Below are positions 55,801 through 64,000 of a stretch of 64,000 nucleotides of DNA, piece by piece. Within the stretch, counting starts at the first letter, position 1, and every line of letters begins with the position of its first letter. The notes beneath the pieces were generated by a model that saw nothing but the letters and a program-made list of their open reading frames with translations, ran no database searches and was not told the DNA's origin. Origin of the DNA: a virus. The translations under genes were made by a program, and so were the position numbers. Location: the IMG/VR virus record IMGVR_UViG_3300050192_000013, positions 3,705 to 67,704 of that record. The stretch is one strand, 5' to 3'.

Positions 55801-56890
55801 CGGACCACCGGACCAACTTGCAACCCAGATCGTGTTCAAGTGGAAGCGCGCCATTCACGCTGGCGATTGGGGCGCGGCCTGTTCCGCCGTAGCGCATGTT
55901 AGTACCGGAGTGGGAAGCATTACTTTCGCGGGACACAGCTTCGGACCTACCAGCGTCTTCCTGGTACTGCTGGGCAACCCAAAAGGGATTACTACTCAGG
56001 TTCCACTAGTAACGTTCGCCGTGGCCGGCACTGCCGGGGCTACTTTGACGGTCACTCCAGATCCTACCGCAATTGGCGTAGTTGCTGGTTCGGTATTCGC
56101 TCAAGTTAGTATCGGCCATCTCGATTCCACATCAACGATTATATCGAACGCGAACTTCGTGAACACCTTTTCGGCTGGTGGCTTGACGTCTGGAGCGGAA
56201 GTCGGAAATGTCGTTATGATTACTTCCGCACTAGGCAACCCACTCGGATTGCAGGGAACGATCATAGCCAATACATCGACAACTATAACGCTGTCATCCC
56301 CGCTTCCACTCCCCGGATTATCCGAGGTTCTGTTCGTCGTTCTGGAGCCAGCATGGCAGGCAACGTATGGCGTGCCGTACACCGCCAGCAAACCGGAAGT
56401 GTCCCCTGCGCCGTTAATCGCCACGATGGATGCGACGAACTACGAAGGCGAGACCGTATTTGTTCAGGCGTTTACATCCGACTCTCAAGAGGACTTAGCA
56501 ATCGCGGCGTTTTCGCCGTACCGGTTCCTGTACTTGTGGGGAGATCAGGGTACGGGTTCGTGGGGGGCTAAAGTTCTTACATACACTTCCACTATCACGC
56601 CAGATTACACTAATGGAGCAACTCAGTACGTCGAGCTAACTGGCAATGTTCACTTTAACGCGATAATCAATCCCCCATCGGGCGCTGGTCAGCCGTTCGA
56701 CTTATTCGTAGTGCAGGATTCTGTCGGCAATCATACCGTCACGTTCGACGCCAGCTATGGACCGTTTGGAGGATTCGGAATTGTCCCTGGCAATCCAGGT
56801 CTTCTACCTAATGCCCAAACCCGGTACCAGTTCTCCCAATTCACCACTCCGGGGGAATGGATTTTGAAGAATGCAGCGAGTACTTTATGA
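52856..56890 (+). CDS. Tail tip / host-specificity (gpJ-like) protein
   Basis: 1344 aa; RC...FP..A, CDYTK..C..RG, P.LYGT.W, NPVWIL.D motifs; follows Dit. Confidence 0.8.
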   Translation: MALTTVAASKEQSPLGYQPLCLVTLTSQDNTTIYLCSYPLNTGEGGYVYEGNSYLARVTAYSIAATQSRSELGIDRIPSVTLKLADPDFYLWNNFELNSTRGFCGAQLVLILILKDINPADGTFQYSSDSVQKFVGICDSPNREMDGVTLTLTATSNHNMGKVYLPNWSVQQRCSNVFPATAAQRLSGATDPSSQYYFCGYSPDVTGTDPDIGGSAARGNEIAGSPYTVCDYTKASCVARGMYTEDSSSRQTGRFSGIQWNPTTREARSKSYVTGKNVTVFDAANDSIFTSRFPMLYGTQWVTYPINANELGDGNSTRGETVICQGAILNYGVQNVVLNGIILPQNLGAGSTDPLERWNYINNECGSRNGTATGDVPWNGQGDPYGNLACIEWVVYRELLDSSQLPTFQILASGPRVWTYQTIATYNNGLVTLTGENFYVQGAGSFIVIIAGNSLSAANGVWTATTFAGGPPGTVTLTGAPSGTGTGGFICAQLKTSNPVWILADVMKKANWAATEFDWNSWYLAALTCDIQISYLDLTGATATHAAYNCGFVIQQRRTAAEIVNMLLRSFNAQLVYNAQTGLLQLIVRQSVADQQQTAITGSNYNTAVGSIHADGTSGNGYWAYLFDETTIYRPANDGPPTFRLYTLPNVQRPNCIIVAFQDEDNSYVQDSLRLLDEEAMARIGGPSGTQIENDEQLQQIGITNFDQAVRVSNVYMAEQNYGNPYSQPRGTIYVEFETTVRGEHLTSGAIFGLNLINPAISMQSFRVLSITPTGDYERVRIVASWHNDIWYTWLFGQAPAPFYSQLSQGIPARLPFPWQPYGTQDLSTGATDYGMGIAVLYTPNADGTALAQIQIYGCGPVNQFSPGLNPPLCDMQGLSANTGGSLLNGQAVYMFLCGVDSAGLLTALSQACTAVMPGTYDGVTGANTATIPELYWPTGIVSYILFGGRSQNSLAAQQTGAVVGTTNPSSLTITSLVNGNYGPPDQLATQIVFKWKRAIHAGDWGAACSAVAHVSTGVGSITFAGHSFGPTSVFLVLLGNPKGITTQVPLVTFAVAGTAGATLTVTPDPTAIGVVAGSVFAQVSIGHLDSTSTIISNANFVNTFSAGGLTSGAEVGNVVMITSALGNPLGLQGTIIANTSTTITLSSPLPLPGLSEVLFVVLEPAWQATYGVPYTASKPEVSPAPLIATMDATNYEGETVFVQAFTSDSQEDLAIAAFSPYRFLYLWGDQGTGSWGAKVLTYTSTITPDYTNGATQYVELTGNVHFNAIINPPSGAGQPFDLFVVQDSVGNHTVTFDASYGPFGGFGIVPGNPGLLPNAQTRYQFSQFTTPGEWILKNAASTL

Positions 56891-58173
56891 CGAACCGAAT
56901 ACTGAGACTGGCGCTTTTGAGTTTGGCGGCTTGCGGTTTGGCTATGCCCCAAAGCACCCAGGGCTTTAACCAGATAGACCTAAACCCACTCTCTGGCAAT
57001 CCCGGCGTGATATACATCTACGATCCCAGCGCCTTCAACACCCTCACCGGAGAACTCACAGCCAGTCTTCTCGCAGGCATGGACATTACGGTTGGATCGT
57101 ATAAGAATGGAGCCACATGGTTTCCCACCAGCACATCCGCCGCTGAGTTAATAGTCCAGACAACCGGGTTCAATTTCTACCTAAACGGCAGTCTGGACCC
57201 AGTGACTCCCACGCCTTTCACCCCTACTCTTGCGGCTTTCATAGGACCCACACTAAGCACTTTCACCGGCGGCATAACTACCACCGAGTTTCACCTCCAA
57301 ACCACCCCAGCCTATTCCCTCCTAACTTACGGCGGAAGCCCCACGTTGATGAACATCAACACAGACGGGTCTATCCTCCTTGGGCCGGGGCCGACATCTA
57401 CATCTCCAGGACTGTACTTCAAAAACAGCGTCAGTGATATCTGGCAGATCCAAGCTACAAACACCGGAACTCAATCGCTTCTTACGTTGAATCAAATCGT
57501 GGCGCTTAATCCAGAGTTCGACATTGCCAGTCCGATCACCGTAGGCATTCTCGGAAAGTTGCTCGTGCCCGTAGAGGAAGACATTGGGACAGGCACGGAG
57601 CAATGGGATGTCACCACGTCAACGATTAGTGCCGGATTCGGTTGCCCTGTGGGGACGTGCGATGTTCTGCTCTTGACCTCCAATATAGGTGCTACTTCTC
57701 CAACGCTGGAAGTAACTGGTGGCTTATACCTTAACGGCGGCCAGATGGCCGTTACTGGCGCTGGGTTTATCGGCGGAAATCTGAGCGTAGGCGGAACTAC
57801 CGTATTATTTAGTGGCGCTCCGTTCGTTAGTGGTGGGGCGATGTGTCTGGACACTTCCGGATTTCTAGTCGTTGGTACATGTGACCTTGCCAGTACTATC
57901 GTATCCAATACCTTCTCCGCATTGCAGACATTCTCTGCTGGTATAGATATCACAGGAGGCGGAATTACCGGAGTTGTTGGGTCTTCCGATTTCTCTGGGG
58001 CCATGACAATTCATAACACTCTAACCGTCACAAGCGGCTCGCTTGTACTTGGAGCCGGAACGCACCTTGTGTACTCCTGCACAACCGCTGGCGCTGTGCT
58101 ACCAGCTGGGTCACTGACGCTCGTAGCGGCGGCTTGCGGAAGCGCGACCGCCGCGCCCATGAACTTCCCGTAA
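56887..58173 (+). CDS. Fibre-like Gly/Thr-rich protein with N-terminal signal peptide
   Basis: MTNRILRLALLSLAACGLAMP/QS; beta-rich repeats such as NLSVGGT, TLTVTSG. Confidence 0.65.
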   Translation: MTNRILRLALLSLAACGLAMPQSTQGFNQIDLNPLSGNPGVIYIYDPSAFNTLTGELTASLLAGMDITVGSYKNGATWFPTSTSAAELIVQTTGFNFYLNGSLDPVTPTPFTPTLAAFIGPTLSTFTGGITTTEFHLQTTPAYSLLTYGGSPTLMNINTDGSILLGPGPTSTSPGLYFKNSVSDIWQIQATNTGTQSLLTLNQIVALNPEFDIASPITVGILGKLLVPVEEDIGTGTEQWDVTTSTISAGFGCPVGTCDVLLLTSNIGATSPTLEVTGGLYLNGGQMAVTGAGFIGGNLSVGGTTVLFSGAPFVSGGAMCLDTSGFLVVGTCDLASTIVSNTFSALQTFSAGIDITGGGITGVVGSSDFSGAMTIHNTLTVTSGSLVLGAGTHLVYSCTTAGAVLPAGSLTLVAAACGSATAAPMNFP

Positions 58174-58192
58174 CAAACAGCCAAAGGAAACC

Positions 58193-60142
58193 ATGCGACA
58201 ACTGCTAGTCATATTATCCCTGTGCGCCGGAGTGGCCTTCGCGCAGCCGACACCACCAACGCAGACAACCGTTAGCGATACCGTGTTCTTTAGCTACGGG
58301 TCTCCAGCGAAAGGTGCGAATTGCGTCATGTCCATAACTGGACCGGACAACGGGCCGACAAGCATCAGCACAACTACGGTATTTCCCTCCACAGTGACGG
58401 TGGTGATACGTGCCGGTGTTGCGCTGTTTGCGATTACGCCAAATTATAATAGTTCGACATACAGCGCGGCGGTCACCTGCCAACCTCCGTTTCAATCTCA
58501 GTTCACGATGTATCTCTCGATTCCGGTGTCTGGCTCTCCGGTGACATTCTCGCAGATTATTGTCCCCAATCCTTTCGTTCCGGTCACGACAATCAACGTC
58601 TCGCAAATCATAGCGAGTGGATTCTCCAATGGACAGGTAATCTGCTGGTCTTCTACGGCTAACTCATTTGGCCCGTGCGTTCCTACAGCAAATACGCTAT
58701 TCAGCGGCATCCTACCTGGAACAAATACCGGCGCGCTGGTGGTTGGAACGAATGGCTCGTTTACCTTCTCTGGCGCTGGGATAATCAACGCGAATGAGGT
58801 GAACGGCGTACTGCTTAGTGGGTTAGCGACTGGCCTCTTGCTCAACACTTCCGGCGTGCTTACTGCGGCGGTCGATTGTACGAATTACGTCTCGCCTACA
58901 TGCCTCGCCAGCGGCGCGCTCCCGATATCAGTCACCACCATCGCGGGAAGCAGCAACGTCACAGTGAATGGCTCTATCGCGGCTGGCACGATTGGCACAC
59001 CCGGTTCGTTACACCTATCGGACGCGAGCGGGTTAGACGGTGGATTTATACAGCCATCCGTTGGCGCTGGCGTGCTATGGACGCTACCGACAGTGGAAGT
59101 GGCGAACTCCGCGTTGGAGACTAATCCATCCACGCATCAACTGTCATTCATTCCCGTCTTGAATCTCGGCTCCGTTGGACCGCAAACGATCTATAACCCA
59201 ACCGGATCGTTTTACACCACGACCATATGGCAGGAATCGTCATCTCAGGCCGGTGCGACTTGCGGGCTTTCGCCAGTTGGGTGCCAAGCCGAGATCCTAT
59301 TGCAGGACAATGCCGGTTCACCCGTCATGTACGCTGGCGCGAGTTCCGGTATGGCGCTCGGGAATGGTACCGTCTGGGATTGGTTCTACAGCAGCCCGAA
59401 TATCGCGCTATCGTCTGCCGTACAACTGCGCTGGAATAGCGCCGACACCGTACTTGGTTCTGGCGCTGGTTCTGCCGATGTGGCGCTAGGTCGCGAATCT
59501 GCTGGCGTCCTGGAAGTGCAGAATGGCGGCGCGGGGAGAGGGACACTGGATATAGGCGCGTTGCAGATTGGTGGGGCCGCGATTGCCTATGGTAATATCG
59601 CTGGGTTCCCTTCGGTGTCTGAGTTGGTCCTTAACGGCTCAAGCAGCGGAACTTGTCCAATCACGGTTTCCGCAACTGGCGGAAATGCGACCATCTGCGG
59701 GAACTTCACGGTAGCGGCCAATGGAGCGGTCGGGTTGGGCGCTGGAAGTACAGGTCCAATCTCGAATTATTCGGGTGAAGGCGTGGGACAGATTGGCACA
59801 GCCAATGCGACAACGTACTATTTGTGGCCGGGCGGCACATCGCCGACGTTAGCATCATCCACGGGGCATCCTGGAATTCCAGTTCCAGCAACCTGCACGG
59901 CGCGCAATCTCTACGTGGAGGCGTCCGCTGGTCCGACTAGCGCTGGTGGAACCGTTACCCTCTACCACAACGCCACCGCGGCTGCGTTGACCTGCACGCT
60001 GCCTTCTGGTTCCAGTGTGAACTGTTCGGACACAACGCACACCGTCGCGTTTACTGCCGGAGCGTTGTGGTCTATCGGCGTACTGACCACCCAAGCCACG
60101 GACACCACAACTAACGTAACAGCGAGCTTTCAATGTCAGTAA
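58193..60142 (+). CDS. Fibre/adhesin-like protein with N-terminal signal peptide
   Basis: MRQLLVILSLCAGVAFA/QP; C-terminal LTCTL....CSDTTHTV motif. Confidence 0.65.
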   Translation: MRQLLVILSLCAGVAFAQPTPPTQTTVSDTVFFSYGSPAKGANCVMSITGPDNGPTSISTTTVFPSTVTVVIRAGVALFAITPNYNSSTYSAAVTCQPPFQSQFTMYLSIPVSGSPVTFSQIIVPNPFVPVTTINVSQIIASGFSNGQVICWSSTANSFGPCVPTANTLFSGILPGTNTGALVVGTNGSFTFSGAGIINANEVNGVLLSGLATGLLLNTSGVLTAAVDCTNYVSPTCLASGALPISVTTIAGSSNVTVNGSIAAGTIGTPGSLHLSDASGLDGGFIQPSVGAGVLWTLPTVEVANSALETNPSTHQLSFIPVLNLGSVGPQTIYNPTGSFYTTTIWQESSSQAGATCGLSPVGCQAEILLQDNAGSPVMYAGASSGMALGNGTVWDWFYSSPNIALSSAVQLRWNSADTVLGSGAGSADVALGRESAGVLEVQNGGAGRGTLDIGALQIGGAAIAYGNIAGFPSVSELVLNGSSSGTCPITVSATGGNATICGNFTVAANGAVGLGAGSTGPISNYSGEGVGQIGTANATTYYLWPGGTSPTLASSTGHPGIPVPATCTARNLYVEASAGPTSAGGTVTLYHNATAAALTCTLPSGSSVNCSDTTHTVAFTAGALWSIGVLTTQATDTTTNVTASFQCQ

Positions 60143-61986
60143 AATCTATCATTTTCGCCTTATTGTCACTCCCGTTGTTCGGACAGATTGTCGTGACGCC
60201 GCTTGCGCTGCCGACCGAGCCAATCAATAACTATTATAGTTTCTCGGAAAAGCCCGGAACGGTGAATACGTTCGCTGCGACTGGCGGAACTGGCCCATAC
60301 ACGTTTGCGGTGACAAGCGGGTCTTTGCCTACAGGGTTGACGCTGGTATCCAGCGGGAGCATGACTGGAACGCCTACAATAGTCGGCACATCAACTTTCA
60401 CCGTCACGGCGACCGACTCACTTAGCGCCACAGGGGCGCAGGCGTATACACTCCAGACTATCGCTACGGAAAATGGCTGCACTCTCTGGGGATGGGCTTG
60501 CGATGGGGTAGATACTGGCGTATCCGCTACAATCCTACCTTCTCTTGGCGACACGCTGCACGATGTAGGCGCGGCGCTGAAGGTTATCGACGCAACGAGT
60601 GCTGTAGTGGTGCAGCCGCGTATTCCGCTGTCGGGACAAATTATCCCGGCTAACTCTTCGTTCATCGGCGCAAATCCCGGCATCACTGCGGCGGCGGTAG
60701 TTCCGTTCATGGACATGATGGCCACGCCCCCGCCGAATGGTCCAGGCATGACCACGCAGTCGCTATTCCCATGGCCCGCCGCGTTTGCTTGCGACTCTTC
60801 GTATGCACCACTTTGGGGCGGTACGTACCCTTGCGACTGCCCTGGCGGAGTTACGTTATCTTACGACTCAAATCCTCCCCCAGGAACCAATTACACGGCA
60901 AACCCGCACTGCTACTCGCTCTATTACGTTTACGACAACGCGGTGTCCCACGCAGTCGCCAAAGGCTATACGCTGCGCTTTGCGCTTCCGCCGAATGGCG
61001 TGACCGTTAATCAATACGTCCCGGCCCCTCCGACTTCACTCTGCAATCTTACCACCGGGAGCGTAACGATAGCCGCATATACGGCGTGCATGTTGCCTCT
61101 TTTAGAAGCGATGACATATAGGTACGGTCCAGTCGTCCCTACTTACTGGATTCAGGTTTACCTTGAGCCATACGGCTTCATGCAACTCATCAACCCGTCG
61201 AATCCGTTCTCTGTCACCGATGCGGCGCAATACATCGTGGCGGCAAGCACGGCAGTTCATGCGATTCGACCGGGACCGACGACTAAGGTATTTGCGACGG
61301 CACTTGGGACTTCGCGCGTGACGACGTTTCCCGGCAGCACGGATATCTGTTACTGGTACGATTGGTCTGGCGGTGCGGCAGCGGGGAAGACGCCGCCACC
61401 GGATTGCAGCGCGGCGGTAACGAACACGTATCAATTTGTCGATGGCCTCGCTATTGATTGGTTCTCTGGGCAGTGCGAACAGGCGACGCCGGGGACTCCT
61501 GGCGGTACGGGATACAACTATTCCGATCAGGCAATTTGGTTCCGTGGCAATTTCTTAAGCGCAAACTCGAATCCATACGGCAAGCCGGTGATTGTCGGCC
61601 AAACGACGCCGCCTTGGTGGTGTCCGCCTACTGGAAGATCCGACGATCCGCACTCAATCCAAGGACCGTTATGGAGTTTCTGGACCTCATCTGGGCTAAA
61701 CGCCGCATGGCAGACAACTATGGCGCGCGCATGGTCACGCATGGGAATCACCGAGGCCGCGTACTTCTGCGATCTGCCGCTGTTCTTCCAGGAGTCGATG
61801 CCGAATATCATAATCAACAACTGCAACACAGCGGTGTCGATCCAGAACGCCATCGCGAGCGGACTATCGCTGAATCAGAACGCGGTCAACTGGGGATATC
61901 TAAATACCCACGGCGCAAACGCGGCGCTTCAGGGAAAGGCCAGCATTTCAGGGTGCGGCGGCATCGGCGCGACCTGTAACCATTAG
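60133..61986 (+). CDS. Signal-peptide protein with putative Ig (He_PIG) domain and GH clan-A-like barrel
   Basis: MSVKSIIFALLSLPLFG/QI; ATGGTGPYTFAVTSGSLPTGLTL..SG.MTGTPT..GT.TFTVTATDS; LEP / IDWF / KPVIVGQ motifs. Confidence 0.65.
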   Translation: MSVKSIIFALLSLPLFGQIVVTPLALPTEPINNYYSFSEKPGTVNTFAATGGTGPYTFAVTSGSLPTGLTLVSSGSMTGTPTIVGTSTFTVTATDSLSATGAQAYTLQTIATENGCTLWGWACDGVDTGVSATILPSLGDTLHDVGAALKVIDATSAVVVQPRIPLSGQIIPANSSFIGANPGITAAAVVPFMDMMATPPPNGPGMTTQSLFPWPAAFACDSSYAPLWGGTYPCDCPGGVTLSYDSNPPPGTNYTANPHCYSLYYVYDNAVSHAVAKGYTLRFALPPNGVTVNQYVPAPPTSLCNLTTGSVTIAAYTACMLPLLEAMTYRYGPVVPTYWIQVYLEPYGFMQLINPSNPFSVTDAAQYIVAASTAVHAIRPGPTTKVFATALGTSRVTTFPGSTDICYWYDWSGGAAAGKTPPPDCSAAVTNTYQFVDGLAIDWFSGQCEQATPGTPGGTGYNYSDQAIWFRGNFLSANSNPYGKPVIVGQTTPPWWCPPTGRSDDPHSIQGPLWSFWTSSGLNAAWQTTMARAWSRMGITEAAYFCDLPLFFQESMPNIIINNCNTAVSIQNAIASGLSLNQNAVNWGYLNTHGANAALQGKASISGCGGIGATCNH

Positions 61987-61990
61987 GGGC

Positions 61991-62019
61991 TTGACAGAAT
62001 TGGCGGAAGGTTATAAACT
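61991..62019 (+). promoter_or_regulatory. sigma70 promoter
   Basis: TTGACA-17-TAAACT. Confidence 0.65.
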
Positions 62020-62031
62020 AATTATAAAATC

Positions 62032-62178
62032 ATGGAAGAGACCATCAAAACAGTCCAACTGAAACCGGACGTTCACAAAAAGCTAAAGGCGCACATCAAG
62101 CGCGAGGGTGGTCATATCTCCAGCATGGTTGACCGGCTAGTGCGCGAAGGGTTGGCGATGCGGAAGGTGAAGACTTGA
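62032..62178 (+). CDS. Ribbon-helix-helix DNA-binding protein
   Basis: MEETIKTVQLKPDVHKKLKAHIKREGGHISSMVDRLVREGL; read manually. Confidence 0.65.
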   Translation: MEETIKTVQLKPDVHKKLKAHIKREGGHISSMVDRLVREGLAMRKVKT

Positions 62179-62591
62179 AAATAGACTCGCACGGGCGCAA
62201 CGTAACGTTCACGATAGCACTAACGCTGAGCATGATGTTCTTGGTTCCGATGGTCTTGGTTCTACTCGCAGATACACCCAACGATCCCAAGCCAACCATG
62301 CGTCTCGCCGCTCCAATTCAAGGCGACACTGCGCGCAAATTGGCAATCCTGCGATTCCATATGGTGGACGCCAAGGATCGCAAGGCCGCGATGGTGCAGC
62401 AAGCGGAGCAGCAAGGCGACGAAGAAATCAAGGCTACGGCTAACGAGTACCTAAAGGGTATTCGTGAAGCGCAGGCAGCCGAAGGCGTTGCAGGAGACTG
62501 CAAGCCAAGTAGTGATTTGACCTGGATCAAAAATGACGGGACGCCGTGCATGGTGGCCGTCAAGGAAAAACAAAAAGGAGCAGCGAAATAG
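62175..62591 (+). CDS. Membrane-anchored/secreted coiled-coil protein
   Basis: N-terminal hydrophobic helix then coiled coil. Confidence 0.55.
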   Translation: MKIDSHGRNVTFTIALTLSMMFLVPMVLVLLADTPNDPKPTMRLAAPIQGDTARKLAILRFHMVDAKDRKAAMVQQAEQQGDEEIKATANEYLKGIREAQAAEGVAGDCKPSSDLTWIKNDGTPCMVAVKEKQKGAAK

Positions 62592-62593
62592 TT

Positions 62594-63079
62594 ATGCCGA
62601 ATCCGTTTCAGTTTTATCCCAAGTTGGCGACCGTGCTGGCCGACAATCCGCTGTGGGCTGTCGATGCCTTGGTGTATCAGGCAGGCCCAGCCGATTTCCC
62701 CGACGGTAAGTACATTCAGGTCGTGGACGTGTCGAGCGATGCCGTGACTGCCGAGTACGCCAATGAGTTGCTGGCGATCTTCAAGGCGCTCGGGTATAAG
62801 GGCGCAAATTCCCTGACCACGAAGCAGGGCGAAACAATCGAGTACGCTATTATTCCAAATCCACAGAAGCCTACGGACGACAGGGATTTGTACGCCTTCG
62901 TGGAGCCGGGACCTGGATTCGCTTATGATGGGCTGCTCTCTGAGTACTTCGCCGGCCAGAGCGAATACAACGATGTTAACGGCGGCGGTGTCGGTTCGCC
63001 GGGTGCGTGGACGCTACCCAAGGGGTCTCCGGAGCCGGTGTGGGTTCCGTCAGTTTACACGCCGCCCGTTGCGGCGTAA
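62594..63079 (+). CDS. Hypothetical protein
   Basis: RBS AAGGAG. Confidence 0.6.
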   Translation: MPNPFQFYPKLATVLADNPLWAVDALVYQAGPADFPDGKYIQVVDVSSDAVTAEYANELLAIFKALGYKGANSLTTKQGETIEYAIIPNPQKPTDDRDLYAFVEPGPGFAYDGLLSEYFAGQSEYNDVNGGGVGSPGAWTLPKGSPEPVWVPSVYTPPVAA

Positions 63080-63241
63080 CAAGTTTGGGCCGGTGCGGGT
63101 AATGCCGCCCTCCTTCGACGGGAGAGACCAAACCGACCCAATTCAAGGTTCTGGGTGAGAGCGGATACCGAGGTAGCGCTACGGGCTCCGACTCAATACG
63201 GTGAAGAACCCGGACATCACCCAGATTCAATTTTGCCCGGA

Positions 63242-63274
63242 TTCGCCGCCCGTGAAGGTGGCGTGGATTGAAAC
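63242..63274 (+). CRISPR. Solitary CRISPR-repeat-like unit (type I-C-like); not an array
   Basis: TT-CGCCGCC-CGTGAA-GGTGGCG-TGGATTGAAAC: 7-bp stem plus the canonical 11-nt I-C 3' handle. Single copy, no cas genes in the window. Confidence 0.7.
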
Positions 63275-63287
63275 AAGGAGAAACTCA

Positions 63288-63860
63288 ATGACGACGACAT
63301 TCCCGATTTTCACGCTGGATTACACGCGCCTCACGAAGCAGATGGCGGCAGTGCTGATGGTGCTGATTATGGCCTGCATGGTGGCCTGTTCGACCGCCCA
63401 GGTTGTGACGGATCTGGAGTTGGCGACAACCATTATCGACGACGCAGGCACCATCGCGGCAGGGCTTGGATTCATCCCCGCTCCGATAGCCACAATCCTC
63501 ACCGATGCGGCGCTCTGCATTCAGTCCGGGCTCGTCCCGGCACTACAAGCGGGCGGCAAGATCGGAACGGTGATCGGGACCGCACTGCACGCCTGTTACG
63601 TGGCAGTCCAAACCACCATCCCAACAGGCACGGATGCGACGTTGGCCGCGAAGGTGGATGCGGAGGTTGTGCAAATCACCAAACTGCTCGGTGAATACGG
63701 TATTACGATTCCTCCCGCTACTCCGGCACCCACAGCGAGCGCGATGGTAGCGCGGGCGCAGGCGATGACCGTCATTATGCCGAAGTTGAGGGCCGTGGAT
63801 AGGGAGAAGTTGGCTGCGCTGGCCGCGCACGTGTTTAAGCCGCTGCCGCCGGTGCGATAG
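63288..63860 (+). CDS. Putative lipoprotein
   Basis: Basic-hydrophobic N-region ending MVAC/S; RBS AAGGAG immediately follows the repeat. Confidence 0.6.
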   Translation: MTTTFPIFTLDYTRLTKQMAAVLMVLIMACMVACSTAQVVTDLELATTIIDDAGTIAAGLGFIPAPIATILTDAALCIQSGLVPALQAGGKIGTVIGTALHACYVAVQTTIPTGTDATLAAKVDAEVVQITKLLGEYGITIPPATPAPTASAMVARAQAMTVIMPKLRAVDREKLAALAAHVFKPLPPVR

Positions 63861-63911
63861 GTTCTTTGTGCTGGCGTCTGCGTGGATAGACACGCTAAAA
63901 CAGGAGCAGTC

Positions 63912-64000
63912 ATGAACGAACACGAATACTTTGGGTTGGTGGACGTTAACGGCAAGCTGATGGACCACGGGTTGCGCGGGGTGCCGGACCTTTTCCCCAC
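63912..64000 (+). CDS. Hypothetical protein, truncated by window end
   Basis: RBS AGGAG; MNEHEYFGLVDVNGKLMDHGLRG.. Confidence 0.4.
   Translation, partial: MNEHEYFGLVDVNGKLMDHGLRGVPDLFP

Noticed and set aside
52856-61986. Diversity-generating retroelement or invertible tail-fibre cassette
   Set aside because: No reverse transcriptase, invertase or template/variable repeat pair was seen.
63083-63133. HDV-like/theta ribozyme
   Set aside because: An L3-like TCCTTCG is present, but no P1 partner for AGAGACC exists. The same test failed downstream of the tRNA-like element.
1-64000. TAG stop-codon reassignment
   Set aside because: Many genes end normally at TAG (578, 2502, 26463, 35506, 52852, 63860), and long genes are intact in code 11. 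Only one internal TAG was seen.
1-64000. Integrase, att site, holin/endolysin
   Set aside because: No recognisable motifs were found in the window. Lifestyle cannot be decided, and these genes may lie outside.

Overview
The whole 64 kb window is phage-like DNA from a long non-contractile-tailed (siphovirus-type) Caudoviricetes genome or prophage that extends beyond the window. I found no host housekeeping genes, integrase or clear lysis cassette. Layout: (i) 1-9.9 kb, rightward replication/accessory genes (PAPS-reductase-like, replication initiator-like, YkgJ, ASCH-like, DUF5131, C5-cytosine MTase); (ii) 9.9-18.2 kb, leftward small early genes; (iii) 18.2-20.4 kb, divergent promoters, an RHH regulator and an atypical tRNA-like element; (iv) 20.5-28.2 kb, ParB-MTase, second MTase, DUF3489, terminase and portal; (v) 28.3-34.6 kb, accessory island (CCHC zinc knuckle, TPR-GT9-FkbM fusion, bacterioferritin-like); (vi) 34.7-49.6 kb, scaffold, major capsid, head-tail, tail tube, frameshifted chaperone and tape measure; (vii) 49.6-51.6 kb, leftward island of repeat-headed gene cassettes; (viii) 51.9-64 kb, distal tail, tail tip and large fibre-like proteins. 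The most notable signals are as follows. Seven copies of a 21-bp IS1595-type terminal inverted repeat bound gene-carrying cassettes: one transposase-free cassette with a perfect 8-bp TSD splits a tnpB remnant, and one IS1595 is scrambled. A solitary type I-C-like CRISPR repeat lies at 63242-63274. Fibre-position proteins carry Sec/lipoprotein-type signal peptides. A 29-bp repeat heads successive small genes. An Acidobacteriota-like host is only an inference from signal-peptide and motif style. All product calls are by-eye motif recognition; no database search was run.
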